A stretch of DNA of 64,000 bases, taken from Guillardia theta CCMP2712. Lineage: Eukaryota; Protista; Cryptophyta. The first letter of the stretch is position 1. The number at the start of each line of letters is the position of its first letter. Location: NCBI RefSeq assembly GCF_000315625.1, contig NW_005434668.1:400219-464218 (forward strand), given 5' to 3'. Shown here in pieces: positions 35,769 to 48,299 of this stretch. The translations under genes were made by a program, and so were the position numbers. The notes below the pieces were generated by a model. It had not been told where the DNA came from, made no database searches, and was given only the letters and a program-made list of their open reading frames with translations.

Positions 35769-37865
35769 ATGGCGAGCCAGCGACTTGGAGGAGGAAGAGG
35801 AGGAGAGGACAGAGGAGATGGTACCAGCAGTCAGCGTTTTGGGGATCATCGGAGGGATGGCCCGCACGGCATTGATGGCATGATGATGGAGAGCAGCAGT
35901 GAGGAGGAAACCAATATGCATGTACGATCGAATAAGAACCATGGGAGACATCCCTCGCTATGACTCTAATCTCCAACAAATATCTCTCATGGCTGATTGT
36001 ACGGCCGCTATGTCGCAGGGGCAATGCTTCCAGCGGACTAGACGCCCTGTCGTGCTGCGAGAAAGCCGAGCGGCCCAAGTAAGCCTTGTGCAAGTCTGTT
36101 TGGAGTCTGACAATGCTCGTCGTCAAGCAGAGAGAGCTATGAGAAGCTTGATGGAGAGCTCGTGATGCTACAGAATGCTGTGATCCGTGGAGATGAGAAG
36201 TAAGCCTCTTCCGTCGCTTCCTTTTGGCGGAGAAGTTTGACAATGAGCATCCTAGGACAGTGGAAGTGATCCTGTCAAGGGCTCGGAGGATCGGCATCAT
36301 CAACTATCAGGATTACGCAGGCCGGACCTGCCTGCATCATGCGGTCTGCCTCATCCAGTACATGCTTTCCTTCGCCTGACTCGCGATGTGCTCCCAGGCA
36401 CAGAACGGTCATGCACGAATCGCTCGCATCCTGTTGGAGTACAACGCGGATCCGATCCTCAAGGTAGGAGGGAGTTCGGCTGTCGCTGCGGCTGCGAGGT
36501 TGCGTGATGATATGTCTCTGAGTCGCCGCACAGAATAAGGAGGGGAAGACCGCGCTGCAGATGGCGATGGAGAATGGTCACCACAACGTGGTCGAGGTGA
36601 GCGGTAGCGACCTGATCACCGTTCTTGATCCTGAGACCGCTCTTGTTCTTGCGCAGGTGTTGCTGCAGACCAAGACCAACTCTACCACGGGGAAGCCCAA
36701 GATTGGGAATGAAGTGCCGACGGTGACCGCCTCTTCTCTCGTTGGAGAGTGTCAAAGTTGTGATCTTGCATCTGTTGTCCTATCTAGCTGTACAGCATGG
36801 ATGTCGAAGCTCTGCATGCAGACGCAGCAGACAAGTACTTCAAGGGTGACTATGCAGGTGCGGAGGATTTGTACAAGAAGGTAAAGAGAATCCAAGTGAT
36901 CTTCTGGCGGATTTCAGCTCAAAGTTGGATGCAGGCCTTAGCTGCCAACCCGAAGCATCTGAGAAGTTTGTGTAACTACGGAGCACTGCTCCACAACATC
37001 AAGAACGAGTACGACAAGGTTCGTTGAGAAGCTTTGCCTTCCTTCCTGTTCTGTGTTGTTGCTGACTGCCGCCAGGCTGCGGAGATGTATTCGGCAGCCC
37101 TGAAAGTGGACAAGAATGATGTGGTGCGAGCACTGAACAGTGGGCTGACAACAGCAAGTTGAACAGGGAGGACGCAGGTCACACTCTACAACTATGCCCT
37201 GTTGCTGGAGGTGGCAAAGAAGGGTCTGTCCCCGCGATCGCCTGCTCCCTGCGTGTTCACTTGTTGAGGCAGACTACCTCGGAGCTGAACGGCTCTACCT
37301 CCGAGCTCTCCAAGTCGACCCCATGTGAGGGCGTCCTTTCTTTACCCTCGATGGACTCTGACGTCATCAGGCATGTCGACACCCTGGTCAACTACGGCTC
37401 TCTGTTGAAGACCGTACACAACGAGCTGGGAACAGCCGAGAAGGTCGAACTCAGACTTCCCTCCGCCTTCCCCCCTTCTTCGGTCGGGTTTGTGACATGT
37501 TCCCTCAGATGTACGTCACGGCGCTGCAAGTAGAGCCGAATCACGGTCTCCTCCTCCCATTCCGATGAGATCAACATTTACTGACTTCGCCCGCCCGCCC
37601 CTTCCTGCCCCTCCTAACCATGACAGTGGACGCCCTCTGCAACTACGCCCTCCTGCTGCGAGATGGCCTTGGGAACAAGGAGAAGGTGAGGGGTGAGGAT
37701 CTTGGGTTGCTATCGTCCTCACGCGCATGGATGTCACAGGCTCGATCTCTCATCCAGCACGCCCTCGTGAGTCCTTGTGTCATCCTCCTCCTCCCCTGAC
37801 CTGATGCTGTGCAGGAGGTTGCGCCCGATGACGAATGGCTGAAGAAGCACGCAAGTGCGTTCTGA
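35769..37865 (+). CDS. Ankyrin plus TPR repeat protein, many micro-exons
   Basis: Ankyrin YAGRTCLHHA-AQNGHARIARILLEYNADP and GKTALQMAMENGHHNVVE. TPRs ALAANPKHLRSLCNYGALLH, VDTLVNYGSLLK and ALQVEPNH-VDALCNYALLL. Stop TGA at 37865. Confidence 0.8.
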
Positions 37866-38129
37866 CGTCTCCGCTGACACTTTTAGAAAACGAGAATGAT
37901 GTGCATTGAGAATTATTTTTTTCCCCTGTCGTTGTAAAGGCAAAACGTTTTATTTCTACACTTTGATGACACGAAAAGGTAAGCACTTGCAAGCAGACCA
38001 TACAAAAACAACAAGAAAGGGTTCCGTCTTGTTCGATCTCCATCTGATCACGGATTCTGCAATCTCGATACAAGTTGCTCGGTAATGTCACAATAACATA
38101 CAAGGGTTCAATCAATCAAATCACTAGAG

Positions 38130-39347
38130 CTAGGCACGAACAACCATGTCACTGCTCTTCATCACTGCAAGGTCATACAGATGCTTCCCAAGTTGCTTCT
38201 CAATCTCTGTTGCTCCGCACTGTACAAGCCCTCTTGCCAGCTCCTTGTCTCCCCTCTCACTCATGAGCGACACGGCCGAAGAGGCTCCGAACATTCCATT
38301 CACCCCAAGGATGTCGTCGATGAACAGGGCCTCTTGTTTGGTGTCCTCAAGCTTCGCCATAGCTGATGACTTCACTGTCAACTTGCCAGAGCAGGTAGCG
38401 GCGTAAGCAAGCCAGTGGTGTATTCTGCTCGGAGGAGCATTGACGCTTGGAAACAAAGTCCCCACAACCTCCCCGTTAAATATTCTGGAGACGTTTGCGA
38501 TGTTGCTGCCGTTGGCAATGATCGCACATGCACCCCCATCGGCTGCTGTCTTGGCAGCACTAATCTTCGACGCCATTCCGCCTCTCCCAAAAGAAGACTT
38601 GTTGCTGATGTTGACGTCGCTGTCTTGAGAAAACAAGCTAATCCTCTTGGCTCCCTGAATTTCCGGAGGTCTGGTGTAGACACCATCCACATCAGTCATG
38701 ATGGCGACTGCGTTGGCTTGAACTCCCGCAGCAACAAGAGCAGACAGCATATCATTGTCGCTGAAGCATCTCTCCTTGTCCAACTCCTGGCAACCCGTGA
38801 CGACGTCGTTCTCGTTGATAATGGGGATCATTCCCTGCTTCATGATCTTTTCGATGGTATCCGTCAGGTACGTGTACCGCTGAGGAGACGAGAAGTCTTG
38901 CTGTGTGAGGAGCACCTGAGCACACTCCATGCCTAGCGCCGAGCACATGGAGTAGTAGGTGCTCATCAGCATTTCTTGTCCCGTAGCCGCGCAAGCTTGT
39001 CGGTCGATGACGTTTGCGGGATCAGCTATCACATCCTTCTCCATTCCAAGGATGCATCGGCCGAGACCGACAGCCCCGCTGCTGACCAAGAGAACTTCTC
39101 GCCCTTGCTGCTTGAGGATCCTCAGCTGCTCGACAAGCCCGCCAATCTTTGAGAGGGACAGATGGCCATTGGGGTTGATGACGACGCTGCTGCCAACCTT
39201 GATCACGACACGGTTGGCTTTCTTGAGGTTTTCCCTTTTCTCGATCTCATTCACGTTCTTTGAGTTGGGAAAAGCGCTCAAGTGTGTGAGCAACCGACTA
39301 TAGCCGGCAGTGCGGAGTGCGTTTTGACAAATGATCTTTCGCATCAT
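38130..39347 (-). CDS. proB: Glutamate 5-kinase with C-terminal PUA domain, intronless, probable mitochondrial presequence
   Basis: Motifs RVVIKVGSS, LVSSGAVGLG, ACAATGQ, AQVLLT, IPIINENDVV, DNDMLSALVA, TDVDGVY and GRGGMASKISAA. PUA-like tail WLAY..GKLTV..GVNGMF..ELARGLV. Confidence 0.93.
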   Translation of the reverse strand: MMRKIICQNALRTAGYSRLLTHLSAFPNSKNVNEIEKRENLKKANRVVIKVGSSVVINPNGHLSLSKIGGLVEQLRILKQQGREVLLVSSGAVGLGRCILGMEKDVIADPANVIDRQACAATGQEMLMSTYYSMCSALGMECAQVLLTQQDFSSPQRYTYLTDTIEKIMKQGMIPIINENDVVTGCQELDKERCFSDNDMLSALVAAGVQANAVAIMTDVDGVYTRPPEIQGAKRISLFSQDSDVNISNKSSFGRGGMASKISAAKTAADGGACAIIANGSNIANVSRIFNGEVVGTLFPSVNAPPSRIHHWLAYAATCSGKLTVKSSAMAKLEDTKQEALFIDDILGVNGMFGASSAVSLMSERGDKELARGLVQCGATEIEKQLGKHLYDLAVMKSSDMVVRA

Positions 39348-41495
39348 TTTGCATGTATTTTCGTCGAATCGATGGCTGATGTGATATGAATGGTAGCAAA
39401 GCTCTCAGTGGCTGGTGTGTCAGACTCGTGACGAGACTCTTCTTCTTCTTCTTCTTCTTCTAATCCGTTTCCTCGCGTCCCACAAACGGGTGATCCAATC
39501 AGGTGGTAAGGTCCCTCCCCTCCCCTTTATCTCGTGCCAGCAGACTTATCCCGATCACGTTACCTCCACCCCCACCCCCACCTGTTTTTGTCCGTGTAAA
39601 CAATGAATAACCCACCCCCAGAAGTACTCCCCCGATCCACAAACGCCCCCTACCCCACCCCATGAGTTTCAGTGATTCTGTTACACAAACACCCTACCCA
39701 GACCCAATACGACGATTCGAGTACCCTACCCTGAAGATCCATGTTGACTCTTACCGTTCCAAAAAGGCCACCCCTTACCCCTTTCACCCCACCACCAGAT
39801 GGTTTATCCCACCCCTGCAGCCCAGGATATGGCTTCACCAATTCCGTTAGATGCTGACATGAAAGGGACTCATCACCCCACCCCTTCCCTTGATGTACCC
39901 ACCCCTTCTACTGTTTCGACTTCCTTCCACCCCTACCCCCTGTCAACGAATGATAGCTTGCACATTCTTTTTTCCAAGCTGCAGCGTCCGTTATACCCGT
40001 GGAGAAGCTGGTACAAAATATAAAACTATTTATTGATTTCTCCGTACAGTTGCTTCACTGCTGGTAGAAAACTATGGTACACTTTATGGAAATGATCTTT
40101 CCTCAAAAGGCTAATATTGGGTGGAGGACGAGTCATGGTAGGAACTAAAATCTAAATTTAGCCTTCCAGTACCCTCGTGCCAGGTACATTGCACAGATAA
40201 ATGATTTTAGAGGGTGGAAGGAAGGGGATCCAATGTACCCCAGCAAGCATTTGTTACATCTTTACTCAGCGCACAGTAAGATTTTATAACCTAAAACTCA
40301 GATCCTCGTCCCAGAATATCACTTTAAAAATAGTTTTATACCCCCGGTACGTGTTGCTGACGGAGAGTTGCGACCTCCACCCTTTATCCCTGCGATCGGC
40401 CCAATTCCTCGGGAAACTGGTGGGTAGTTACAGGGATGACTGGAGGTGGGGGTCCTTTCCGAGCCCTTGCGCTACTACACCGCCTCAGCACGAGCGACTG
40501 GTCGGCACAAAAACCCCATTCGAACAGATTCGAACGGACCACCCACCCCCCACCCCTACCACTGGAGATATCAGTCGACCACCCCTTGCAGCCCCTCCCT
40601 GTGACCTGCGCCGCTCAGATCGCAAGTGCTGATTCAGTGAGCATCGACCCTTTGGACCCCGTCCACCAGTGCACTTGCCGGTCGTATAAACTGGGCCCAG
40701 CCTCGGACCAGACTCTGAGAGGGGGGTGGGGTCATCCTTGAGAACGTTTACTACCGCTGACAAAGGCCCTACGCCCGCTTCACTCCATGGTCAAACAGTG
40801 GTCAATCAGGCAGGTCAAAGGTGGTCAACTGAGAGGTTGTGTTCCGAAGTTCCCAAGGAGTAGTGTGCATACCGAAGTACCCCTCGATTCAGGGATCCAC
40901 TGGTAGGTTCAACAAAGGGGGCAGGGTAGGTCACCTGCAGTCAAACCGTGGTCAAAATCACCTGCAGGGAAGGGGAGGGGGGCCGCCAGTAAAGCGGTCA
41001 TCACGGCTGCACGGGAGGTGCTAACGAGATACCGGACGTTGTTGAACGCTCATAATATTATGGATAAATACCACAATTATATCATAAACGGTACCTCGTC
41101 ATCGATTTTGTATAATTCTATAACAGCCCTTGACGAGGAGGACGTGGCGGTTTCGTGGGTAATTATGTATAATTATATCAACATTATGTATAATATGATA
41201 ACGATGCGAAACGATGTGTCTTTGATTCAATTCACCCGCGAATCGAGTACCCCTACCCCTCTTCTACCCCTAAAACCACGCCGATGTTACCCGTCAGGTC
41301 CCCCTTGCCCGCCCAGATAAAAAGAAGCACTTGATGGATCTGGAAGCAACCCACGCCGCCAAGTCAACCAGACCCTGCAGAAGCATCGAGGAGCAAAGAG
41401 CACACAACAGCCTCATACCAATAGGAAGAAGCTGACGCGGAGACTTCGTCAAGAACAGATACAACAGTATATTTCAAGCCTTACGTTTTCCCGAC

Positions 41496-41756
41496 ATGTT
41501 CTGGCAAAGGATTGTCGTAGCTAGACCGCTTGTGGCACAAGCCATCAACCGAAGGATGTTATCGTCTGCCTTGAGTCAAGCAACAGTGACCGCTACAAGG
41601 ACAGAACTTCACAACTACCAACAAGCTTCCAAGCCCTCACTAGCGGCGAAGAACAAATCAAGTTCGGAATACGATCTCAGCTCAATCATCCCTCTCAAGT
41701 CTCGGAGTGAATATAAGGAGATTGTCCGCAAATACAACCAGAAGCGGTCTAAATAA
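41496..41756 (+). CDS. Small 86-aa protein with mitochondrial presequence-like N-terminus
   Basis: MFWQRIVVARPLVAQAINRRMLSS is Arg-rich and lacks acidic residues. Single exon located just downstream of a promoter-like intergenic region. Confidence 0.55.
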   Translation: MFWQRIVVARPLVAQAINRRMLSSALSQATVTATRTELHNYQQASKPSLAAKNKSSSEYDLSSIIPLKSRSEYKEIVRKYNQKRSK

Positions 41757-41955
41757 TAAAAGACTGACAGGCTGTATTGATTCGGAGCTGTGCATTAGGT
41801 GTATGTTCACCACGATCTTCTCGTAGTAGTTGAGCATATTGCAAATTCAGCCGGAATGTTATAGTATTTCATTGTGTCATAGTAGTTTGGCATATTGCAA
41901 ATGCAGCCAGCAAGTTATGGTATGCTTTTATTGTGTAAATACAGAAGCAAAAAAA

Positions 41956-43723
41956 CTACAAATCATATGTTTTCTTCTGCTTGGGTATCTTCAAATCAAT
42001 CTATACCAGAGAAATTAGTCGGTTTGGGTGTGAAGGACATCTCACTTGTACCTCCCTTCCATGATCCGCTACGAACTTCGCATCCAAGAAGTTGAAATTA
42101 TCATCGACATCATCGTTTTCCACCTGCACTCCGAGCTCTCCTACGATACGATTAGCCAACAAGTCTGTGTAGGTATCAATGAACCATATCCTTTATCACC
42201 ATGTACGACAAATTTGATCTGCCATCATATCCAGTCAGGAACAGGCGATCAACAAGTCACGATACATCATATCTCTTTTTGCCATCGATCGATGAAATTT
42301 GCACAGTGGTTGGCATTGTAGCTTGAATATGCCCAAGCATCTAATCATAGTCAGCATTGCTGGGTGTCGGACTAAAGTGATGCCATCAACTTGCCTTGGT
42401 AGCCTCAGGGCTATTTCGCAGAATTTCCAATGCCTGCGAAATTCAGATGTCATGAACCTGCATCGCAAAAGCTTTCAGTAATGAAGGGGACCTTCTGCTG
42501 AATATCCTCGATCTCCTGGCCGACGTCCAAACCCAAATTTATCACCTTCCTGATGAGATACAGTCAGGCTCTTTCAACTCCTTCGCACTCGATTACCCTA
42601 TGAACGGAAACATATTCGCAAAGCCTGAACTAGCATTGTTCGCAACACTGGAATCATTCCGAAACAGTTCTCCTGGGTGCGATTCCTCTGCCTTGCCCCG
42701 TGCCTTATTCCAATATTTCTGTTGAAAGAGCAAGGAAAGTAAGTGTTGCCATCATGTTGCGCAGAAGAAATGAAGTCTTACGCTGAACCACGGATTTCTC
42801 TGCAGAGTGCGAATGAATTCGGTACCTTTCAACTTTCTCCAGGCGAACCATCCTAGCTGAAAACATCAAGCGTCATCACCAGACGACCACAGCCAGTCCA
42901 GTGCCGCTCACAGCAGCAAGAGCGACGGTGCCAATTATGAAAGTTCCTGCTCCAGCCATCTCAACAAGGTCCACATCTCTATCAGGGCCTCACCTATCGT
43001 GACGATGACGCTGAAGAAGGAAATGACTGTGAGAATGATCAATCACCCACCCCTCAGACCGTATGGCTTTCACACACCGAATGCGACCAAGAGCACTCCA
43101 CCCGCTAGCTTCCACAGCTGATCCTTCCAAGAAGGAGGGGGGCCGTAGTGAAAATGGCGCGGCCGGAAAACTCCGCGGCCTGGCAGCCTCTGCTGTCCAC
43201 TTGGCACAACTCGTGCTGTGCCAGTGATCGTTCCCTTGGTTGCAGCAGCATCCCCGTAACTCCTTTTCGATGTCGTATTGCTCACTCTGGCTGACAAGCT
43301 GTTGCAGGAGTTGGTCGTTTGCAATAATGCTCGGCTGCCATAGCTTGTGCCCCAGGAGACTTTACTCGCTGCTCCGCACAAACATCTGCCATACCTTACG
43401 TCAGTTAGGGGAAACTTTCTATGTCAACAAACAGACCTGATCTTGAGCTGGGTGCTCATTATAGAGTATGGAGAACCTATCACGTTCTGAATCCATGAAA
43501 CCCCGCGACTCACATGCCAAGAAGGATCCTGATGTTGAATGTTCATTGTCCTGGGATTGAAACTCAAATACAATGGACTCCGCACATTTCCGCCCTTGGG
43601 CTTCATCGAGGCCTCGGCCTGCGGTGAGCTACTGCTGCCTCGAGTCGCATGCCTTGCACACCCACGCGCCACCATCGCCGCGCGTTCCGCCCATCGCGCT
43701 AACACCCCAGCCCTCGTTGCCAT
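41956..43723 (-). CDS. Probable mitochondrial membrane protein, multi-exon; C-terminus weakly Tim21/Coa1-like
   Basis: Presequence-like MATRAGVLARWAERAAMVARG. Hydrophobic segments LAGGVLLVAFG and MAGAGTFIIGTVALAAV. Terminal exons IKFVVHGDKG..ELGVQVE..FLDAKF..IDLKIPKQKKTYDL*. Confidence 0.5.
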
Positions 43724-44759
43724 GCTGCTGCTCCAAGAAGGCGTCAGGCCAAGCCCATTCAGGAAGTGCAATGCCGTTAACAAAACGTAACCGTTATTCT
43801 AGATCGCCCCGATGCCCTACTCAGGGGGTACTCATATAAAAGGGGTACATTTGCTGTCTTTGGAGGGGTACTCAGAATTACATGGGGGGTGGAGTGGGGC
43901 TAGTGGATAGGGCTAATACCAGGGGATCATTTGTGGTGAGTTGTATGGGTGGGGGTAGAGGGCGAGGCGGACCCAGACAGGTGCGAACATGCGGAGAGGA
44001 GAGGCAGGAGAGGGGGAGGAGATGGGAAAGGGAGAGGGGGGAGACAGGGGGAAGACAGGGATAAAGTGATGGAGGGAACCGAATATGATGGTGGAATATG
44101 CATTTGCTGATGAACAGCAGGGGATGCAGGCAGCACATTGCTGAGCAGGGCAGGAAGGGTCATGCATACAGACAGTTGAGGGAAGATCAGGAGAGGGCAG
44201 GGAGCAGGGAGCATGCAAATGACTGGAATGTAGGAAGAATGCAGTAGAGTATTCAAGAATAGATAGATGGCAAGATGAAATGCCCTGGGCAAGCATGCCC
44301 AGTGGCATATGACGATGATTTTCGCTGAATGGCTGCTACGTCAAATGAGTATCAAGAGGTGGCTTAGCAAGGAACCAGTTTGCAGCTGTCAGCTTCTTTT
44401 CTGGTGTTTTGATTAATTTTTGGCAAAGAGAACATGCTCGACCATCCAGCTTCCCCCCTTTCCTCTTTGCTGACATAGAACAGTCATGATGCATTGGAAA
44501 CTTACTCTGTTCTTTGCAGGATACGGCCGGAGGACAACGACGTTCTGATCGAACGCGCTAGGATGGAGCTCTTTCCCATTCAATCTTTGACGGACCAGTA
44601 CGACTTCTCGCCACCTTCCCTTCCACTCTGTGCCGATCCTGCTTGTGTCTTCATCCTGACTTATCTTTCCCCTGGATTCCCTTTTCCAATGAGCGATGTT
44701 TGCTGGCATCCACGCCCCCCGTTCCTGTTCCTTTTTTTCCTCTTTCCCACGATCAGCTG

Positions 44760-47700
44760 ATGGTAGAATCCTCCAGGTATCTTGCGGATCTAGATGGGCT
44801 CGATGATAGCGCAGGAGAGGAGGAGGTGGCGGCCGATGGAAACTCAGAGGAGGAGATGGACCAGGACAAGGAGTTCGACGAGGACGCGGCTGAGATGGAT
44901 GCCACCAAGGAGCTGTCGGCGCTTACGAGGCTGTATGGAAGGTGCTCCTTGCTGCTCCTTGCTGCTCCATGACGAGAGCTGGTTCGCAGCGAGAACCTGA
45001 GGCAGCACATGGAGAGAATCAAGCAGAGTTTGAATCGCTCGACGCCAGCCCCCTACACGCCAGAGTACCGAGAGGTGAGTCGTGCAAGGCGCTCGAGCAA
45101 GTTGTTTGACTGGTGCTGTCAGGACTACGAGCTCGTCTGCAAGAGCAATGAGATTGTGTAAGAGAGCTTAGTGTTTTCCGAAAGCTGTTGGGACGCTTAC
45201 CGTGGCTTTGTAGTTATGAGCTCGAGCAGGAGACTTTTGCACTGACCACATACATCCGTCAAGGTGATGACGTATCATGCTACTCAGTTATCTACTTGTC
45301 CACGGAGACTGTTTGCAGAGGGTGTTTTGACTTGGATGTTTGACCTTATCGCTGAGTTTTTTGTGTGTTGCCATTGGAGGGCTAACTTGCATCGCAGGGT
45401 ACGCAATCAGATTCCCTGAGCTCGAAGCCCTCATACAGAACAATCTGGTGCACTTGCTCGCACTGTCCGTGGACATCTTGACGTGAGACTGCGCAACAGG
45501 ATTATGTCCGTACGGTGTACAAGTTGGGAAACATCCCAGGAGGTGACGCTACGCAAGTCGACCTGTCAGGAGTCCTTCCAAGGTCAGTGCACCAGCAAGC
45601 AGAGGAGGAGGAGGCAAGAGACCTGGAGGAGGGAGATTAGGAAGGGGGAGGAGAGCTGGGGGCTCAAAGGAGGAGGAGAAAGGGTTTGACTTGGTCGTTG
45701 TATAGTGCCACAATCATGGTTGTCACTGTCACCGCAACGACGACCTCAGGAAAGGAGCTTCCTCAGGATCAGCTGGAAAAGGTCAGGCAGAGCGTCTTGG
45801 GCTGTTCTTCACCCCTGAGCTCCTGTACAGGTCATGACGGCCTGCGAGCAAACCTTGAAGCTGGAGGAGAACAGACTGGTAATTGAGAGAAGAGAAGCTA
45901 GCAAGAGGAAGCGAAGTGTGGGAAATTGTATGGGAGGGTGTACATGGCGTAGAGTAGAGATGGATCAGTGAAATGATTATGACGAGAATCACTAACTTGC
46001 TCTTTGCAGGAAATTTTGGACTTTATAGAGTCTCGCATGAACATTCTTGCACCTAATCTGACGATCATCGTGGTATCTCTTCCTCCTCTCTCCCATTCCC
46101 CAACCTCCTCCTCCTCTACCACCAACTCTTCTCGACTTGAGCATGCGGGCCAGGGCTCGAAGGTCGCCGCCACCATGATGGCCATGGCTGGAGGACTGCA
46201 GGTGAAACGCGATCTCGGGATGGGAGGTGGACGAGGAGGAGGACTGACGAGCAGGACGCAGGAGCTCTCCCGAATGCCTTCCTGCAATATCCGCATCATG
46301 GGAGCGAAGCGAAAGGTTCAGAACGGAATGTCGACAGCTGCACTTGGAGTCAGAGGAGGCATCATTGTTCAGAGCCCCCTCGTGTTGAACAGGTCTTCCC
46401 CTCCTCCTCCTCCTCCACCACCACCACCACCACCACTACCACCACCACCATCTCCTCTTCCTCTTCCTCTCCACTTCGACACTTTCTGTTCCCATATCAT
46501 AGTCCTACTGTTTGCATCCCCCGTCCCTTCTCCTTGTTGTAATCTTCTCCTCTTACTCCTCCACCTTCACTTCCACCTCTCCTTTCTGCCCCTTGAATAC
46601 CCGCAGTTCATTCTTTCTTACCTGCTGTGCAGCCCCCAAGAATTCCGTGAGAAAGCAGTGAAGCTGGTAAGCTCCTGCAGCTCCTTTTCCATCCTTCCCC
46701 CGTCCCCTTGCTTCTCCATCCCTCTCAACCTCGACACCACCACCACCCCTCCCCTCCTCGTCACCACCACCCCTCCTTCTTCCTGAGTTACTCTTCTCAT
46801 TCTCTGCCACCAGATCAGCGCCAAGTGCGCGCTTGCAGCTCGAGTTGACGCTTCCATCGAGTCTCCGTCCGGCGAAGTCGGAAAGAAGTAAGAGGAGAGG
46901 AGTGGTCAGACGAGAGGGAAGGGGAGGAGAGGGAAGGGGAAGGGAGGGAAGGGGAGGAGAGAGGAAAGGAGAGGAGAGAGGAGAGGAGAGGAGAGAGGAG
47001 CAGGAGCAGGAAGCATGTAGCATTCTGCCATCGTCCTGACGGATTTGCAGGCTCAAGGATCAGATTGAAGAATCGCTCGCAAAGGTCGCTGAGCCTCCTC
47101 CTCAGAAGCGCCACAAGGTCGACGGGAGCGAGGGAGGGGAACGGGAGGACGACTGACGCGCGGGACAGGCTCTCCCTGTGCCAGACGAGAAGCCCAAGAA
47201 GAGACGAGGAGGGAAGCGAGCCAGGGCGATCAAGGAGAAGTATGCTACTACAGAGCTGATGAAGCAGGTGAGAGGAGGAGGGCGGAGGCCGACCCGGCTG
47301 ACGTTGTGTGGAAGGCCAATCGCATGCAGTTTGGAGTGCAGGAGGAAGAAGTTTTTGGAGGAACAGACGAGACGATGGTAGAGACTTTTTCTGAGCGTTC
47401 ATCCACCTTGTCCTCCTCCATCTTCCGCTGCGCTCCTCCTTCTCTCCCTTTCGCCCTCCCTTGTCTCATCCTTCCCTTCCTCCTGACCTCACTCTCATCA
47501 AGGGACTCGGATCGCTCGGAAAGTTGGCGCACAGCGGGAAGCTGAGGATACAGAAGAAGGAGGTGGGAAGAGAGGGAGAGAGGAGAGGGAGATGACCGGG
47601 GAGTTGCAGGTCAAGCTTCTCAATCAGAAGGCGAGGGAGAGGAACGGGTTGACGTCGGCAGTCAAGGGTCAAACCCACGGCCTCGTCTCTTCCGTAGTCA

Positions 47701-48236
47701 TGAACTCCACCACTGGTACGGGAGGGATGCGCGGAAGAGGAGCGGGGGCAGGAGCAGGAGCAGAGAAAGTGGAAGGAGCAGAGACGGGGGTTGAAGAAAG
47801 AAGGAAGAGGATAGGAAGGGTAGGAGGAAGCGACATGCTCTGATTTCTGGCTTACAGGCATGGTGTTCCAAGCCATGGCGAGCGATGGCACAGGAACTGT
47901 CACTCCGTTGGCCTCTAGCAAGGTCCTTGCCGCTCTCATCCTCACTGCCCTTCCTCCTCTTGTTTCCCATCCCCGTCCGCCCACATGCACTCATGCTCTT
48001 GACTCCCCTCCCTCCCTCCCTCCCTCCCTCCCTCCCTCCTTCCCTCCCTCCCTCCCTCCCTCCCTCCCTCCCTCCCTCCTTTCTTATCCTCCCCCCTCCC
48101 TCCTTCCTCCTCTGACGCTCCTCAGGCCTTCATGAACAAGGCGGCGAGCAAATACTTCGAGGGTCAAGACTTCTTCAAGAAGTCCGGCAAGGACGACAAG
48201 GAGCTCATGCCGCCCCCGCTACCAAAGAAGAAATGA
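44760..48236 (+). CDS. PRP31: U4/U6 snRNP protein Prp31, many short exons
   Basis: YLADLD N-terminus, [68 protein letters not shown] and [39 protein letters not shown]. Confidence 0.95.
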
Positions 48237-48299
48237 AGAGACAGCAGGCTGAGGGAGGGGGAGGAGGAGGAGGAAGAGGAGGAGGGTGGAAATAGTTGG

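Noticed and set aside
5126-37865. Apparent cluster of flagellar/cytoskeletal genes (TTLL, PKD2, IQ, coiled coils)
   Set aside because: Such genes are abundant in flagellate genomes and are interspersed with unrelated genes. No evidence of a functional cluster.
44305-44400. C/D-box-like words (CGATGATTTTC..CTGA), also at ~51100
   Set aside because: No canonical box C, no terminal stem, and no convincing rRNA-complementary guide visible.
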